A stretch of DNA of 64,000 nucleotides from Microthyrium microscopicum (lineage: Eukaryota). Both the position numbers and the translations under genes were made by a program. Below are positions 12,724-26,079 of this stretch, one piece after another (the stretch's first letter is position 1; each line of letters starts with the position of its first letter). The notes under the pieces were generated by a model. The model saw nothing but the letters and a program-made list of their open reading frames with translations, searched no databases and had not been told where the DNA came from. The stretch covers positions 964,627 through 1,028,626 of the forward strand of contig MU004230.1 of assembly GCA_010405405.1 (NCBI GenBank), written 5' to 3'.

Positions 12724-13562
12724 GTTCAAGTTGTGAAATCGCGTTGGTGCTTGCTGCTAGATGACCATTGAACACAACAATCAGGTGGGTGATTGTTGTT
12801 TAAGTGATATGATTGACAGAGCCATGAGAAATGTCGCTTGCAAAGACGTCGAGGGTCAACAGAAGTGGTTGGTATCAGAGCGTAAGATATGTCGTGTGAT
12901 ATACAGCAGGGGTAACGAAGAAGACGGAAGGTGGCGGATAAGATGGCAGGGAAAGGGAATCAGTAAGCAAAGGGCTGAGATATGGGATAGACGCGAAGTA
13001 GGGGCAGAAAATAGTTGATTGTCAAAGAATTGTAAAAGTCAGACGAGAGAATTGAATTTGGAAATGTAGAAGACGTACGAGATGTGAGAGATGAGAGACA
13101 CAGAGACTCACTGTTGGAGTCAAGGTGGAGCAAAGAACCTTAGCCCTGGGGCCTGGATTTGGATTTGGATTTGGAAGGAACGGTTGACTGAGACTTGTTG
13201 GTTGCCCTTTCCTGTTTAGTCTAGACTGACCTCCACCACCTGTGAGGCTGTCCGCTGTCGTGCATGAACTCCCTTCCCATTTTATCACCACCTACTCTTC
13301 CACTCCTAAGTCTCCTATACATCACACATAACCTCTTCAGTCCAGATATAATTGACACAACCTCGCGCAAGCTAAAACAATGTTGACCTGAACATCAACT
13401 CAGCCCGTTTGAGATCTACCTTGGTCTCCCAGGTCTCCCCACCCGTTTGCTTTCTTGTTTGTTCCCGACGCCCGTCCTGGTTGGTACTTGGTCTTCTGCA
13501 AAGGAAGAGGAATTGTTTCTCGCGCCAGTTTTGCGCCCTCAGCTCTTTGTATTGGCGACACT

Positions 13563-13909
13563 ATGGTCAAGGCTGTCAAGGGTATGCACTACGCTGTCAC
13601 AGCTCCCACCTTGAAACATTTCTGACCAATACCCAGGTATACTAGTCCAGTGTGACGAATCCATCAAAGCTATCATCGAGAAAATCGATAAGGAAAATGG
13701 AAACACTTTTATTCTAGAGGCGCTAGATGATGAGAATCTACTGATAAGCTCCGGCAAGATCAATGAACTCAAAGCACGACTCAAGTCGGTATGACGCTAA
13801 TACTATTGTCCAATGCTTAGCAGTGGCTGACAACAAATAGGTTTTGACAGACACTGTAAAAGAACACGAAGAGCCAGAATCAAATTCAGACAACAACGAA
13901 ATGCGTTAG
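13563..13909 (+). CDS. TFB5: TFIIH subunit Tfb5/TTDA
   Basis: Absent from the ORF track. Splicing (introns 13582-13636 and 13789-13840) gives MVKAVKGILVQCDESIKAIIEKIDKENGNTFILEALDDENLLISSGKINELKARLKSVLTDTVKE..., the Tfb5 signature. Confidence 0.9.
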
Positions 13910-13947
13910 ACATCAGCATTGATTCTTGGGATACTATCTCGGGATAT

Positions 13948-14461
13948 CTACATCATGCCCTCGATTTGAGTGGCACCCTTTTGCTCTGGAACCCATGGAA
14001 CTCGTCTTGGAACATAGAGCTCGTTGTCCCACTTCTGCTTGACCAGTTTATCTCCTTCAAGCACACCAACCTTGACGAACTTAACTCCTGGGGCCTTGGT
14101 CTTTGTGGTAATATATTAGTATCGTGCGGTAGCTTATGGGATTATCTACTTACCGATGATCTCCACATTGTCGACCCACAGTTGCTGCAAAGGAAGCTTG
14201 TCATCGTGTTGCCACTGTCCGCAGTCTTGGCCCATTCATGAGGCTTGCCAGATTCAAGCTTGAATTTATCATCGGGGATAACGTAGTTGGACGAGAATGC
14301 GCTTCCAGTGATTTTGCGACAATCGGTGCAATGGCAGAGAGCCTGTAAAGTTGTTAGCATATCGAAGAGCTTATCATCATCCGTCAACTTACCGATCCGG
14401 CTGGTTCACCCTCATAGGAGATCTTGATATCTCCACAGGCACAGCTTCCTTCAGTAGACAT
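13948..14461 (-). CDS. GFA/CENP-V (Mss4-like) zinc-binding protein
   Basis: MSTEGSCACGDIKISYEGEP|ALCHCTDCRKITG...SFLCSNCGSTMW...|KFVKVG...ELYVPRRVPW. Introns at about 14343-14392 and 14101-14153. Confidence 0.9.
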
Positions 14462-17313
14462 GATTTGTAGTTAGAGGAATGTTTTGGATTTCGTTATGGT
14501 AGGTAAATTATTCAAGCGATGGAGATTTTCAGCGTATGAAGGATGGGCCATTGGATCTTTTTATATGTTCATTGGATTGTGGGCGGTTCCTAAAGGAGCT
14601 ACCAAACAACCCATGACGGTATTTCTTCCATCGAGAATTTGAGCCTGCGTGCAGATCTCGGCGAGCTTGATGTACAATCAGCCTGCAAGATCTGGTACAG
14701 TGCTATCATTGGTTAACCTGATTCGAAAGATACACTTCTCAACCATCAATTCCAAATTCATTCCACCCCAAATCAAAATGCGTCAAGCTTGCGGCTCCGC
14801 ACTAACTCTTTCAACTTGTCTTACTTCACCCCAGTCCTAATCTCACAGGATCGTGCACAACTGAGTAGAAATATTAGGAATCTTTCATCTCTACTGTGCT
14901 GTGCTCTGCGGCAAGTGCGGCATCTCTGACTAATCGCAGCCATTGAAGTTTCACGACTGTCTCCCAATTACTGAAATCAGAATGCGATATTCCAATTGAG
15001 GGGTATCATCACAGTTTTCAATCAATAATGGCTTGTGACACTTGGGTTTTCCAAATCAGCTATTACATCATGGATCGCGTTGTGGAGGTCCTGACTGGAG
15101 TTGGGAGCTCATCTTTTGCCTTGTCTAGCCTAGTCCATACCCCAGATCTCGGCGGGTAGCTTGATTCGTCTGCATATTTAGTAGATGTCACTAAAATGGG
15201 TGCAGAGGCTAGAGCGTAGCAAGTCTGAAATCCAGCGGATCGGAAGCCAGTTATACGCCGTAGCGGTGTGAATACGGTACCGGAATTTGAAGAAAGGTGG
15301 GCTTGAAACGATTGCTACATACGATTATTCTCGGCGGATCTTTGTTGATCAAAAATTGGACTAGACAGTAGAGGACAGCTCCTTTTGCTGTACGGAGACT
15401 AAACGGTAAGTGATTTGCAGGGTAACGTTAAATGAAATTGTTACTACTCAGAAGTCCCACAACAGTAGGTAGATAAGGGGGTCGATATAAATTTACGCCA
15501 CCGGTGAATCTCCGCACCGACATTCATACACGCAAGCAGCAACGGAGTGCTATATAAGGTAGCTATTCTCCTAACCGAACGCGGGTACACCGTGCTCCAT
15601 GTGGTATTTGGCAAGCGCACTTGCTCGAATTATGGCAGATCACCGACACTGATACATTTTGGGGCAGTTGAATGAAAACATATCTGGTACTGATAGCTAA
15701 ACAGATGTTTTTATGTTTTTATGTTCTTTGTTATGTATGTAATACTAAAATTAAGAATGACTGGTCGCGGTTGTCGCGATCATGCGCCAGATCGTAAAGG
15801 CCAAAGCAAAATAATAAACTGGGGGAAAATTGGAATGCCAAAAATGTCTTCCTAGAACATAGCTTACAGGGCTCTATGTATTTCAACTGGCCAAAGCCCC
15901 TGGAAATACTGCATGGGCTGTTTGCGGCTCTTATTTCTTAGCTAGTACCGTGCTGATCTACAGCAGGCGATACAACTTATACCCAGTGTGCCAGTCACTG
16001 ACTGATCACTGCTTCGGCGCTTTACGGAGAAAACCAATCTCAAACAGCCGGCTCTTTCAGATTCATCTCGTTTAAATCCCGATTTTACGGAGCCTCGGGA
16101 TTTCGGGATTGGAGCTCAATCTCGATGTTGACCGGCTAAATAATTATCAATGTAGAAGTTGCTATTCATCACCAGAGACCTGCATATGCTACGATATCAA
16201 CAAACTATTCCTGCTGCACTATGTAAACACCTTCGCTAACAGGTTTGTAGTTTATGGCTTCACTTGATTCGGGTTGCCAGGCTTTCGGTGCTTGTCGAGG
16301 ACAAGAAGATTTCATAAATCAGGGCAATCCAGGTGGACACGTTCCTTCATGTCGTCCTATAAACTCTAGCGTATGACAGGGGCTATGAGACAATCTGCAG
16401 TCGAATTTATATTGCTCGATCCTCAGCGTTGATACTTTATAGGCATTGAACTCTAGTGCTAGAGAAATACCTGGTTCTTGGCGAGGCTCAGAAGTAAACG
16501 ACAAAGCTAATCCATCCGAGGTTGATAAACCGACAGTAGGTAGTGCAGGACTGCATGCCAACACAATACAGACTACGTGCTTAACCCTCAGGAAAACACA
16601 TCAAGCCCATCACGGCGACATGATATGATGACTATATTGAGTTTATTCATGAAATCAGTCGTGTGGTAGAATTCGGCCTTTGTTGCGTTTCTGGCCAGGT
16701 TCTGTTCCAATACATACATCAAGGGCGTATATTGTGCCTCGCATCTACCCGGTATTCGTATCACTCTTTAGCTGCCGTGTTCCGTCAATCTACTAGATGA
16801 TGAACGGCCCATCAGAGAACTGTGCTGTTTCTCGTTCGGACCCAATAAAATCTTTGACACAATATAACATGGACTGGGACCTTCCAGAAAAGAATCCTGG
16901 CTTCGATTGTTTACAGTTTAGGAGCGGATTCCAGAATTCCATCTCTGGCCTCTCTTTCCTTGTGTTCAAGAGATGCAAGCTTAGGCCAATCAGTTAGTAC
17001 AGATATATCGAATCAATATATGATGTGACTAGGCATGGTGTCTGTCAGTCTCAACATGGCCACCTGGGAGGCAACGAAATGTCTCCAACCTCTTGTCAAA
17101 TTTCCGGATGAGTGCTTTACACCCGTTCGTGTCTCGTAAATTTAGAGACGGGCCTACTTCCCGTCTGATCTCGCGTGGCAATGGCATGGGACAAGCTAGC
17201 TATGAAATATCAATCTATTCAACCCTTCTCGTTTTACACTTCGTGCTCGAAAACATGCGCATTTCGAATATTACTTCGCTCCTTGTACTCGTACATCTTC
17301 GACAATATATCCA

Positions 17314-19640
17314 ATGAGGAATTTGCAGTTGGTCGCAGGGCTACTGTTAGCAAATGAAGCTCTCGCGGAGCCACAATGGCTTACAATATTCGGGGTCGGG
17401 ATAGGTCCTACCACAAAGCGTCCCAGCAACCCCAATAGATCCTCCAGAAGGGGAGGAGAAACACACCGGGGCGTTAAGACTCGAACGATCACAAATACTG
17501 TATACGTAACAGAGACAAAGCACCATCGGGGAACAGGTACTCGACTCCCCACCCAGTTCACGATACTCTCATGGATGACACCGTCACAATTTCCATGGCC
17601 TACAATGCCTTCACCGTCTTCTGGGCCCCAGCAAACGCCTCCTCCATGGGCTTCAGAGACAGTTGCATGGCCTTCAGAGACAATCCCATGGACTCCGTTG
17701 ACCCAGCCGTCACAGCCTCCATGGTCCCGACAGGAACCTCTTCCAACGAGCCAAGCGACACAACCCCCTTGGACTCGACAAGAGCCACCTCCATCGAATG
17801 AATCGACACCACCTCGGTGGACTCAACAGGAATCCCCATCAGCGAGCCCTCAGAACACTGCGCCAATCGGGTCGAATCCAAGGCCGACTCCAGATGCCTT
17901 TACACCAATTCCAGACCACGACGACGGGCCTCTCCCACCTACCGCTACGGCAACCGCCACAGTGATAGTCACTCATACTCTGCAGGATCCAAATGCGACT
18001 CCTGACCCAGATGTGATAATTCCTAATCTAAACCCAAATTCCATATTTAATAACACTCCCGTCGTGTCCACTCCAAGTCCAACGCCTACGGGGATTGTTG
18101 AGTCTGGAGCACCTTCAAAGCCTCCAGCAGCTCCTTCAAAAGCACCCTCGCTCGTTGATTTACTGAGTAGGCTATTCTTAACCTGCTCAGGGCATACATT
18201 GTATAAATACTAACGTTGCCTCAGAAAGTATACCCGGCCTTGAAAAGCTCTCATCAATGAGTCCCATAGTTCTGAACGGCTTGATCAATACTGTTTTAGG
18301 CGCATACACGAAAAAAGCCACGAGTGTCGAGATGGTGCAGCCCAAGATAAGACAAGACGCGAAGAGAGCAAGAATCAAGTATGGCCCGTTCACCATCAAA
18401 GGAGCAAAATCAACTGTAAATTTCACCGTTGATACTTGAAAGTGTTCATAATGCTAATTATGTGCTAGTCTTCTGCATCCCCTAATCCACTCTTAAGCGG
18501 ACTCTTAGGTGGATTGCTGGGCAAAACTTCCTTTGGAACAGGCAATTTCAAGTCTATGGACCCGGGCGGCACCTCTTTCATCCAGGTTCTGGACAAGGAC
18601 TTTCCTACAGAAATCACTATGATCTATTCCAAATTAGATATTATCGCTAGTGATGGACAACCAATAGATATTGGCAAGGGATTATACGCGCATCATGCTG
18701 TTTTTGCGAGCCTTTCAAAGATTGCTCAAAACCCAGTACTTTCATGCAATGGAAAGCCGCTGAATCTGACAACCCTTCCCACATTCATTGGGGCAGCAGG
18801 AGAAGCTCCTGAAAATTACTTTACTGATGTGACTGGTAAAGTCAACTCGGGAGTTCATATTCCGAAGGACGATAAACTCATCATGCAGATCGATATCGTC
18901 AACTACGCCGACCAAGATCAAGAGATATATTTGGTTCCCGAAATCGAATATATGGAGGGCTTCCCACCAGGATTCGCGGAATCAGACAGATATACACTTA
19001 GTCCAGGGACATGCGATCCAACTCGAGGGCCAAATTCGGGACAAAACATCCAGCCTCCTGAGGGACAAAAGAAGTTCGAAATTGCAGGACCAGAGATGAC
19101 GTTTGAGGAAAACGGTCATATCATGTATTCCAGTATGAAATCCCCAGAACATTTGTACGAGATCTATCACTAACGCCCTTTTTAGGAGCACATCTACACG
19201 GTAATTTCGTCTAAGTCTTTTTGCCAGCATTGATCTAATTAGTTGCAGATGGAGGCGACCGAATGGACATCGAAGTAAATGGAAAGATATTCTGCTCATC
19301 CAAAGCAGAGTATGGTGGAGAAGGACGTGGTGGAGAAGGACGTGGTGGAGAAGGACGTGGTGGAGAAGAAAAATCCAAGGGAACACTGAGTGGTCAGAGT
19401 TCCTGTCCTCCTGTTCTGGAGATTCACAAAGGCGATAAGATGAAGTTGACAGCATACTATGACCTCGAGCAACATCCTCCGTAAGTAGCCACCTCATATT
19501 ATCCATCATCTTTGGTGACTGACGTTGATAGTCGAATGCTTGGTGGACATAGCCATGGCGAGAAAGGCATGGGTGGTATGATGGATTCGGCGGAAGAGAT
19601 GGCATTATTTTTGATACAGTTTGCCCCAGCAAAGAGCTGA
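17314..19640 (+). CDS. Secreted protein: Pro/Thr-rich N-terminus plus C-terminal domain with PHM/DBH-like copper-ligand motifs
   Basis: Signal peptide; five canonical introns (18167-18224, 18416-18468, 19133-19185, 19201-19248, 19481-19531); motifs YAHHAVF, RAHLHDGG, CSSKAEYG, KGD...YDLEQHP and AEEMALF. Confidence 0.75.
19314..19368 (+). repeat. 15-bp coding tandem repeat (GGTGGAGAAGGACGT) x3.7, encoding GGEGR
   Basis: Three perfect units plus a partial unit read directly from the sequence. Confidence 0.95.
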
Positions 19641-20892
19641 TAGGATGTAGCCAACCTTTTTGAGCGCTTCCAGCGACACGAAGAAAGACGGCTTTAAATT
19701 TGCTTGGTCTCGGTCAGGCGGCGTACAGTCTTGTAATCCGGCCGCGATTTGAGTCTTAGAGTCACTGAGGATTTTTACAACATTTTAATACCTGGACTTT
19801 GTTTGGTACAGTACCGAGGGAGTCATTCAACTTCTTGGCCAAGTAATGAACTAATTCCGTAATGATGAACTTCGATTTGAATGTCGTAGCAAACAATCAA
19901 AATCGGCAAACTCAGTTAGTCATACGGCGCAGGCTATACTCTACTATCTGCTAACACTTTGCTATTTTCAGGTTGCTCATTATTTCTTGAGAAGAGGTCT
20001 GAACATGCCACTTTCAAAGTATCTCTGCACTCGAGAACATCTCGTGTAAGAGCATGGGTTCTAGAACCTCCTGGACTATCAAGATGGTGAAGTTACATCG
20101 TGGATGTGACCCAAGTCCTCATAAGAGACAGAATTACACTTCTTCAGCTTTGGAGAAGTCAATCACCAACATGATATTGAGATGGCTTCATGCCTGGGCT
20201 TAGCGAGAATGTACCACCAGTACCTCTCACCGTCCGTTCGTGCCTTAGTGATGTCGGTGGTTATTAACTGCAGATGACAACCAAATAGAGACCACCTAAT
20301 CGTACCTGCATTATCCGTGGTTTGGTGTAACTCAATGCCAGATTAATGAGGAATTCTTGATGTTCTGCCGTTGTAGCTCTTGCTTGGCAACATCGTACAA
20401 GAAACCAGCAGCGTTCATTATCGTCGTTGTACCAGTACACCAAACAGTACACTAAGAAAATCCAGACATACCAGATGCTCGCAAGAATTCTATTGCAACC
20501 TCACCGCCAGGCAAATACTCCTTGGCAATCAGAATCTGCCTCATTTCTAATGATGGAAGCAGCTGAAAATTGATCACCGGCAGTATGTCAGTATGGCGTG
20601 TACTTCCCCTTCAATTCGAAATACGAGGTCCTTGAACGACCTCAATCATTTGTATCACAAAAAGAGGTTTTGAGGCTGGAAGACGATTTGAAATAATTCA
20701 AGCAATGCCAATCGTTTGCCTGAACGGTTGCTCAAGGCTGTTTCCGCAGAACTCCAGACTAAGTTAAAGTAGTTGGACAAGATCTAGAGCTTGAGATGTG
20801 TCTGTCGGGTTTTGATCGAGTATAAATGAATGCTTTCGCTTGTCTATAGAGTGATATCAGTATACTCAAGTCGAATCTTCAACAACATCAAG

Positions 20893-22470
20893 ATGTCAGC
20901 AAAATCCTTGGTCTTTATTCTACCTCTTCTGCTTCAGAATGCCTGGGCTGCGCCATATGTTGCTTATGCCTCAAGTAATGCTTTGATTCCTGGTATTCAC
21001 ATTGGCCTTGATAGAAGCGACCACATAAATCTCATCCCTCAGGACAAGATTACCATATTTTATGAGGGTCGCGCCACTGGTATTCTTCCTTGAAGGACTT
21101 TTGGGCACAGACTGAACAGTAGCAGATCAACCTACCGCGGCATCAATCACATTCTCAAATGCCGTTCACAAGACCATCGTGCTTGAACATATTGCTCATG
21201 TTTCGAGCATTTCATGCTCTGGCAGCACAATAAAGGTCGCTTTTGGCGATACTGACGCTTTCCGCACAGCCCAAAAAAGTTGGACTGAAGAAGCGAAGCA
21301 TGGTCTCATACTAGTCAGCTATCAACAAGGCTGTGGCGCTGCATTTCCTGCCCAGAGATCTTGGTTATCGGTCAAATCGGTTCAGAGCTTTGGCGACTCC
21401 AACGCAATCACTGCTTCCTTTAGCGAAATGATCCCAGAAGAGTCTGCTGGTGACATGGACATAGAATTTGGACATATCGCGAAAACTCCGTTACAGTCGC
21501 GTGCTGAGGTTGCCAACAACTCTGTATCTTCTCCAGACTTCGACGTGTCAAAATCGTTCAACTTCATTTACACCCCGGCAGCGACAGATGATACTGTCTT
21601 TGGTAAGGCGTATCCTCTGGCCCAAGTTGGGACCGGAGCCAACACCTTGGGACTATACTGCGTGAGCTGTGGAGCGAATGGCCAGTTCACTGTAAGTGGC
21701 CATGTTTCTGCTAAGCTTTTGCCACCAAAGATTACAAAGATTGAACTTGATCTGGATGGAAGCTTGAAGGCAAGCTTGGTTCTGGCTATGGCAGGAGCTG
21801 CCACCAAGTCTTTCCCCTTCTCTAAGAGGGTCTTTTCACAGTCGCTGTCATCCTTTTCAATTCCGAAAATCATCTCTGTGGGCCCTTCCGTAACAATGGA
21901 TCTGGGCGCCACGCTGGCTCTTCATGCCAAAGGAGGCATTGAGTATGGCTGGACATTTGGATGGCCAGTCGTGAAAGCTCAATTGGATCTGCTCAATTTC
22001 AAGGCCGGCAGCTCTGGCTTCACACCTACAGGTGCTCCGGTCTTCAATTACCAAGGTGATGCGGCAGCGGAGCTGAACGGCTATGCGCTTATTGGCCTTC
22101 GATTTGGTATCGATGTTTTGAAAGGCAAGTGGACCGCAGATGTTGGTCTTATTGATAAACCTTCTGTGGACATTGGCGCTACTGTTCAGATACATTCTCC
22201 AGCACAAATTAGCGCTCTACCAGAAGGTTCGGTGCTCAATGACGGACTCTGCTATTCAGCAGGTGTTGCAAATGACTTGTATGCAGAGGGAACTGTTGGC
22301 AAGGCCTCAAGATCTATCGACATAGCGAAATGGAACGGTCCGAAGACGTCGAAATGTTTGAAGTAAGTTTGCTAAACTTTGCGCGACATGATCTTCAGTT
22401 CTTCACTAATCTCTTTATTAGGACTCAAACAGTACACCATGCTCCCGCTAAGCCAACGAAAGCGGGCTAG
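20893..22470 (+). CDS. Secreted beta-rich protein of unknown function (YCxxCG-containing fungal family)
   Basis: Signal peptide MSAKSLVFILPLLLQNAWA; introns at about 21080-21122 and 22363-22421; motifs VLEH...ISCS, GLYCVSCG, FSIPKIISVGP. Confidence 0.75.
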
Positions 22471-22891
22471 ATTTTCTGCTATTATGGCGTATTGAAGGGT
22501 GTTTCTTGGTTACTCCCCTTGCATGTTCTCTTCGAGGCCAAAGTCGTGTACGAGTTTCAAAGGGGGTCTGCGGGCACACAGTCGAGGAGCTCCATATTGT
22601 CAGACCAGTAGTTGAATTCCTTCAATCATACATAGATTGACACACTGAAGTTCAAAACAGAGAACAATAAGCCCAGCTTAAGAGGACTGAGGGAGAAATC
22701 TATTCGCCAGTGAAAGGATTGGAGTTAGCATAGAAGTTTGAGGATGGGGGCAATCATCCTGTGGCGGTGCAGAGCCACCAGCCACCCCGCCACATTAAGA
22801 TAACTTCAGATTTCCATTGCAACTTCATCGACGTCACTCTCTCTCACAAACAGAATACTTGGGAGATAGAAGTACTGGTAGGACTCTGGTT

Positions 22892-23697
22892 ATGGAGAAA
22901 ATATTTCGAAATAAACCTTCAAAGACGAATCTCTCGCAAACTAGCGATTCCAGCAATGATACCAAACTACGCAGCGGTCGTGCCTACAACTTTCCATTTA
23001 TCAGTTCCGATCTCTCGGGCTCATTGCCCACCACATTCACCGATGGCCTCCCGCTGCCCAAAATGTTTGTCTTCGACCTGGACAGAACTCTGTGGCCCTT
23101 CTGGGTAGAGTTTGTGGAAGGACAACTGCGGACCAGCGACAGTGGAAAGACTGCTGTCGATAAATACGGTGAAAGCTTCTGGTTTTGTGAAGATGTGGGA
23201 AATATCTTATCAGGGGTGAGTGAAAATTTCCTTGGGGTGAAAATCGGGTCTTGCCCATGCTCAATTGGATCTATGTACAGAAAGGAAAAGGCTTCTAACG
23301 CAAATACCAGCTCCGCGCTCTACACATTAAGATTGCTCTAGCCTCGCGAACGCCTACGCCAGCAAAGGCGCGCGATCTCCTTCGTATCCTCCGCCTACCC
23401 ACCAAGCCTTTAGACCACAATGGACCAGTCAGCGGCATCCCGACAGCCAAGTCCGTGGACTTTTTCGACAGCATTCAAATCTACCCAAATGTGAAGACGA
23501 CGCACTTTCTACAGATCCATGCGGAGACGGGCATTGAATATGAAGAGATGCTGTTTTTTGACGATGAGCGTCGCAACAATGTGGTTGAGCAACTTGGTGT
23601 CGTTATGTGGGAAGTGCCAACTGATGGCATGACATTCGACGAGATTGACAAAGGCGTATTGAAGTGGAGGAAACGGAGAAGAAGAGAGGTAGGATAA
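22892..23697 (+). CDS. Magnesium-dependent phosphatase 1 (HAD superfamily, MDP-1 type)
   Basis: PKMFVFDLDRTLWPFWV (HAD motif I); intron at about 23216-23310; ASRT (motif II); QIYP..KTTHF; MLFFDDE.RN. Confidence 0.9.
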
Positions 23698-24514
23698 GTC
23701 ATAGAGTATCTGATGCTATGATGACGGTACAAGCTTCGTGATTGCAAACGAGAGACTCAAAAATGTTGAACGTGGAAACGAATGAATGTTTAGATGAGGA
23801 TGCTGGTATGCATTGATCGCTGCCAGTGAAGATGAATATGGTCATTGCCTGAGATGTTGACTAGAATAGCGCCAGCGCTGGCAAGGATGAACTTCCCAAT
23901 TGTCCTGAAAAGACGAGCTTTGGGAGGCCTAGGGAATGGTACATGGACCTGCTCCGCCGGGGAGAACATGCTGTTTGGTGCTGAAAGAAATAGAATGAAC
24001 GTGATTTTGTGCAAAGAGGAAAAGAACGGGTGGGGGATGGTTGGGGAGATGCGGCTTGTAAGTTATTCACTGAATTGCGACTTTCAAGTCCACAAGTATA
24101 TTACAGATTGAACATGGTCCCGTTGGAAACAAAGCCATTCTTAGGATTCGAGTTGTACTCAATCTACCCGGTGTTGCTTTGATGTCTGAGAGTTTACTTG
24201 TTGTGAGACAGAGTGTTGGATGTCCTAGCCAGGCATGGATATCAGAGCTCTACGCCAATGTCTAGCTTCCTGTTTCAGTATAAACTCTGAGACTAGCCAT
24301 TGTGGGAACACTATTCTTTATGCGCAAGTTATGCCTAGCCGCAGTAGGTTGTCTTGGGCACAACTACTCTGCAAAGCACATAATACTAAATGGTTCCTTG
24401 AGTACTAAAGACATGTACGACCCACAGGATCCAAAAAGATATCTCAGATTCCAACTTTCTTTTGCATATTGCCACCCATCTTGGGCGTCAAGTTTCTACC
24501 TCCATTTTGTTGTC

Positions 24515-25756
24515 ATGGTTATCGAGCTGACAGACCCCTACTGTATCTCAACCAGACGAAACTCAATGTTCAATGACCACCCAGATCGCTTCATGCCATT
24601 GAGCACCCCAAAACCTCGAAACCTTGTCCAAAAGTCCTCAGTTGACCGGATACTCCGCAAATTCCAGTTCCCTGTTGGAAGAGGGAGCTCAACGATTAGG
24701 AGCTCAGACACTACTAGTACAAGTGCTTATTCCCCGAAGACCTCACGATCCTTGAAACAAATATTTAGAATGCCAAAACCGGGCGAGAGGCCACATGGTT
24801 CAATTCGGCGCTGGATATCACGAGTTCTCTCCAGTCATAAATGGCCTGACACCATTTCCACTACTCCCTGGGACATTGACATTCCTAATCAGCAATCAAG
24901 CAGTCCCGCCTGTGCGCCTGTCATTCTAAACCTTCATGTCCCTTCTGGCAGTCTTGAGAGCCTGCATCGACTTGCTAAAGTTGACCCAATGAAAGAGAGG
25001 CCTGCGCAGGGCCCTGCGATCTATGAACTGCCGGGCAGTACTTCTTTCGGCGCTGACGAACCATCAATCTCTAACGACGATGAAATCGCTGATACTACTA
25101 GCGACATTGAGACAGATACCGGTTCTCATGATGTTCACAGGGGTCAGACCTTCCTCGACCATCGTACCCGACCATCCACGCCACCGCCAGGATATATGGA
25201 TATCCGCATAGGTAGACCAGGGAACTTGACCTTCAGGGTAGCGCGTGACGTGATTGAGCGCAGCCCATACTTCGATGATTTCTTCAACCGTGACGGCGGA
25301 TGGGATGACAGTTCAGAGATATCTGATTTCTCGACATCATACTACTTCCCAGGCAATGAGTCCGTCTTTCCATACATCTTGGAATATCTCAAATCAGGGG
25401 AGATGCCTTGCTGCTGGGATGACGAGAATACCTTCGACTTTTTACGAGCAAACATGATATGGCAGGAGGCTGAAAGACACAGGCTACCTGGACTGATATC
25501 ATATTTCGGAGACGGACATTGTCATGCGAAGCCGGTACGCTTGAAATTGTTTCAGACCAATTACCATGATAGTTATGTGTTGACTCCTGATTGCGAGATT
25601 GAGCAATTGAAGGAAGGGATGGGGAGCGTATGGAGACTCAGGAAGGCAGGGACCGAGCAGGAGAAGAAGGGGTTGAGAAGGCTACTCAGTCGCAAAAGAC
25701 TCTGGGTTTATGAACTTGAGGAAGTGGTCTTCGCAGAATCGCTCGGGCTAACTTAG
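24515..25756 (+). CDS. Protein with C-terminal BTB/POZ (KCTD-like) domain; start uncertain
   Basis: IRIG...TFRVARDVIERSPYFDDFF...YYFPGNESVFPYILEYLKSG...IWQEAE...LPGL is a BTB-like pattern. The N-terminus looks disordered. Confidence 0.7.
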   Translation: MVIELTDPYCISTRRNSMFNDHPDRFMPLSTPKPRNLVQKSSVDRILRKFQFPVGRGSSTIRSSDTTSTSAYSPKTSRSLKQIFRMPKPGERPHGSIRRWISRVLSSHKWPDTISTTPWDIDIPNQQSSSPACAPVILNLHVPSGSLESLHRLAKVDPMKERPAQGPAIYELPGSTSFGADEPSISNDDEIADTTSDIETDTGSHDVHRGQTFLDHRTRPSTPPPGYMDIRIGRPGNLTFRVARDVIERSPYFDDFFNRDGGWDDSSEISDFSTSYYFPGNESVFPYILEYLKSGEMPCCWDDENTFDFLRANMIWQEAERHRLPGLISYFGDGHCHAKPVRLKLFQTNYHDSYVLTPDCEIEQLKEGMGSVWRLRKAGTEQEKKGLRRLLSRKRLWVYELEEVVFAESLGLT

Positions 25757-26079
25757 TAGAGGTTCAAGCTTCTGAATCTGTTGCTAATAAGTTACGTTTC
25801 CTCCCGATCTTTTAGCGCGAAGTTGTGCTGGTCAAGCTATGGCAAAAACCAGTTTTCGAAATGTATTGCAAGGGATGAGATGAAAATTATGAGATCTTCA
25901 TGCCCGGTTGATCAACAAAGGATTTTTTGCAACGACTTATACCTTACGATGCTGTAGTGATTCATTCTAGAATGCTAATGCTAGTGTTATCCAAACTACC
26001 TACCGTCATCATCATCATCACAAGTCTAACAAGAGTGACATAAGAACCTCTATAACTGACCAATGTCTGAAGAGTCTTG

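Noticed and set aside
13155..13173. (GGATTT)3 microsatellite as a telomere-like seed
   Set aside because: Only three units and not TTAGGG; an ordinary promoter microsatellite.
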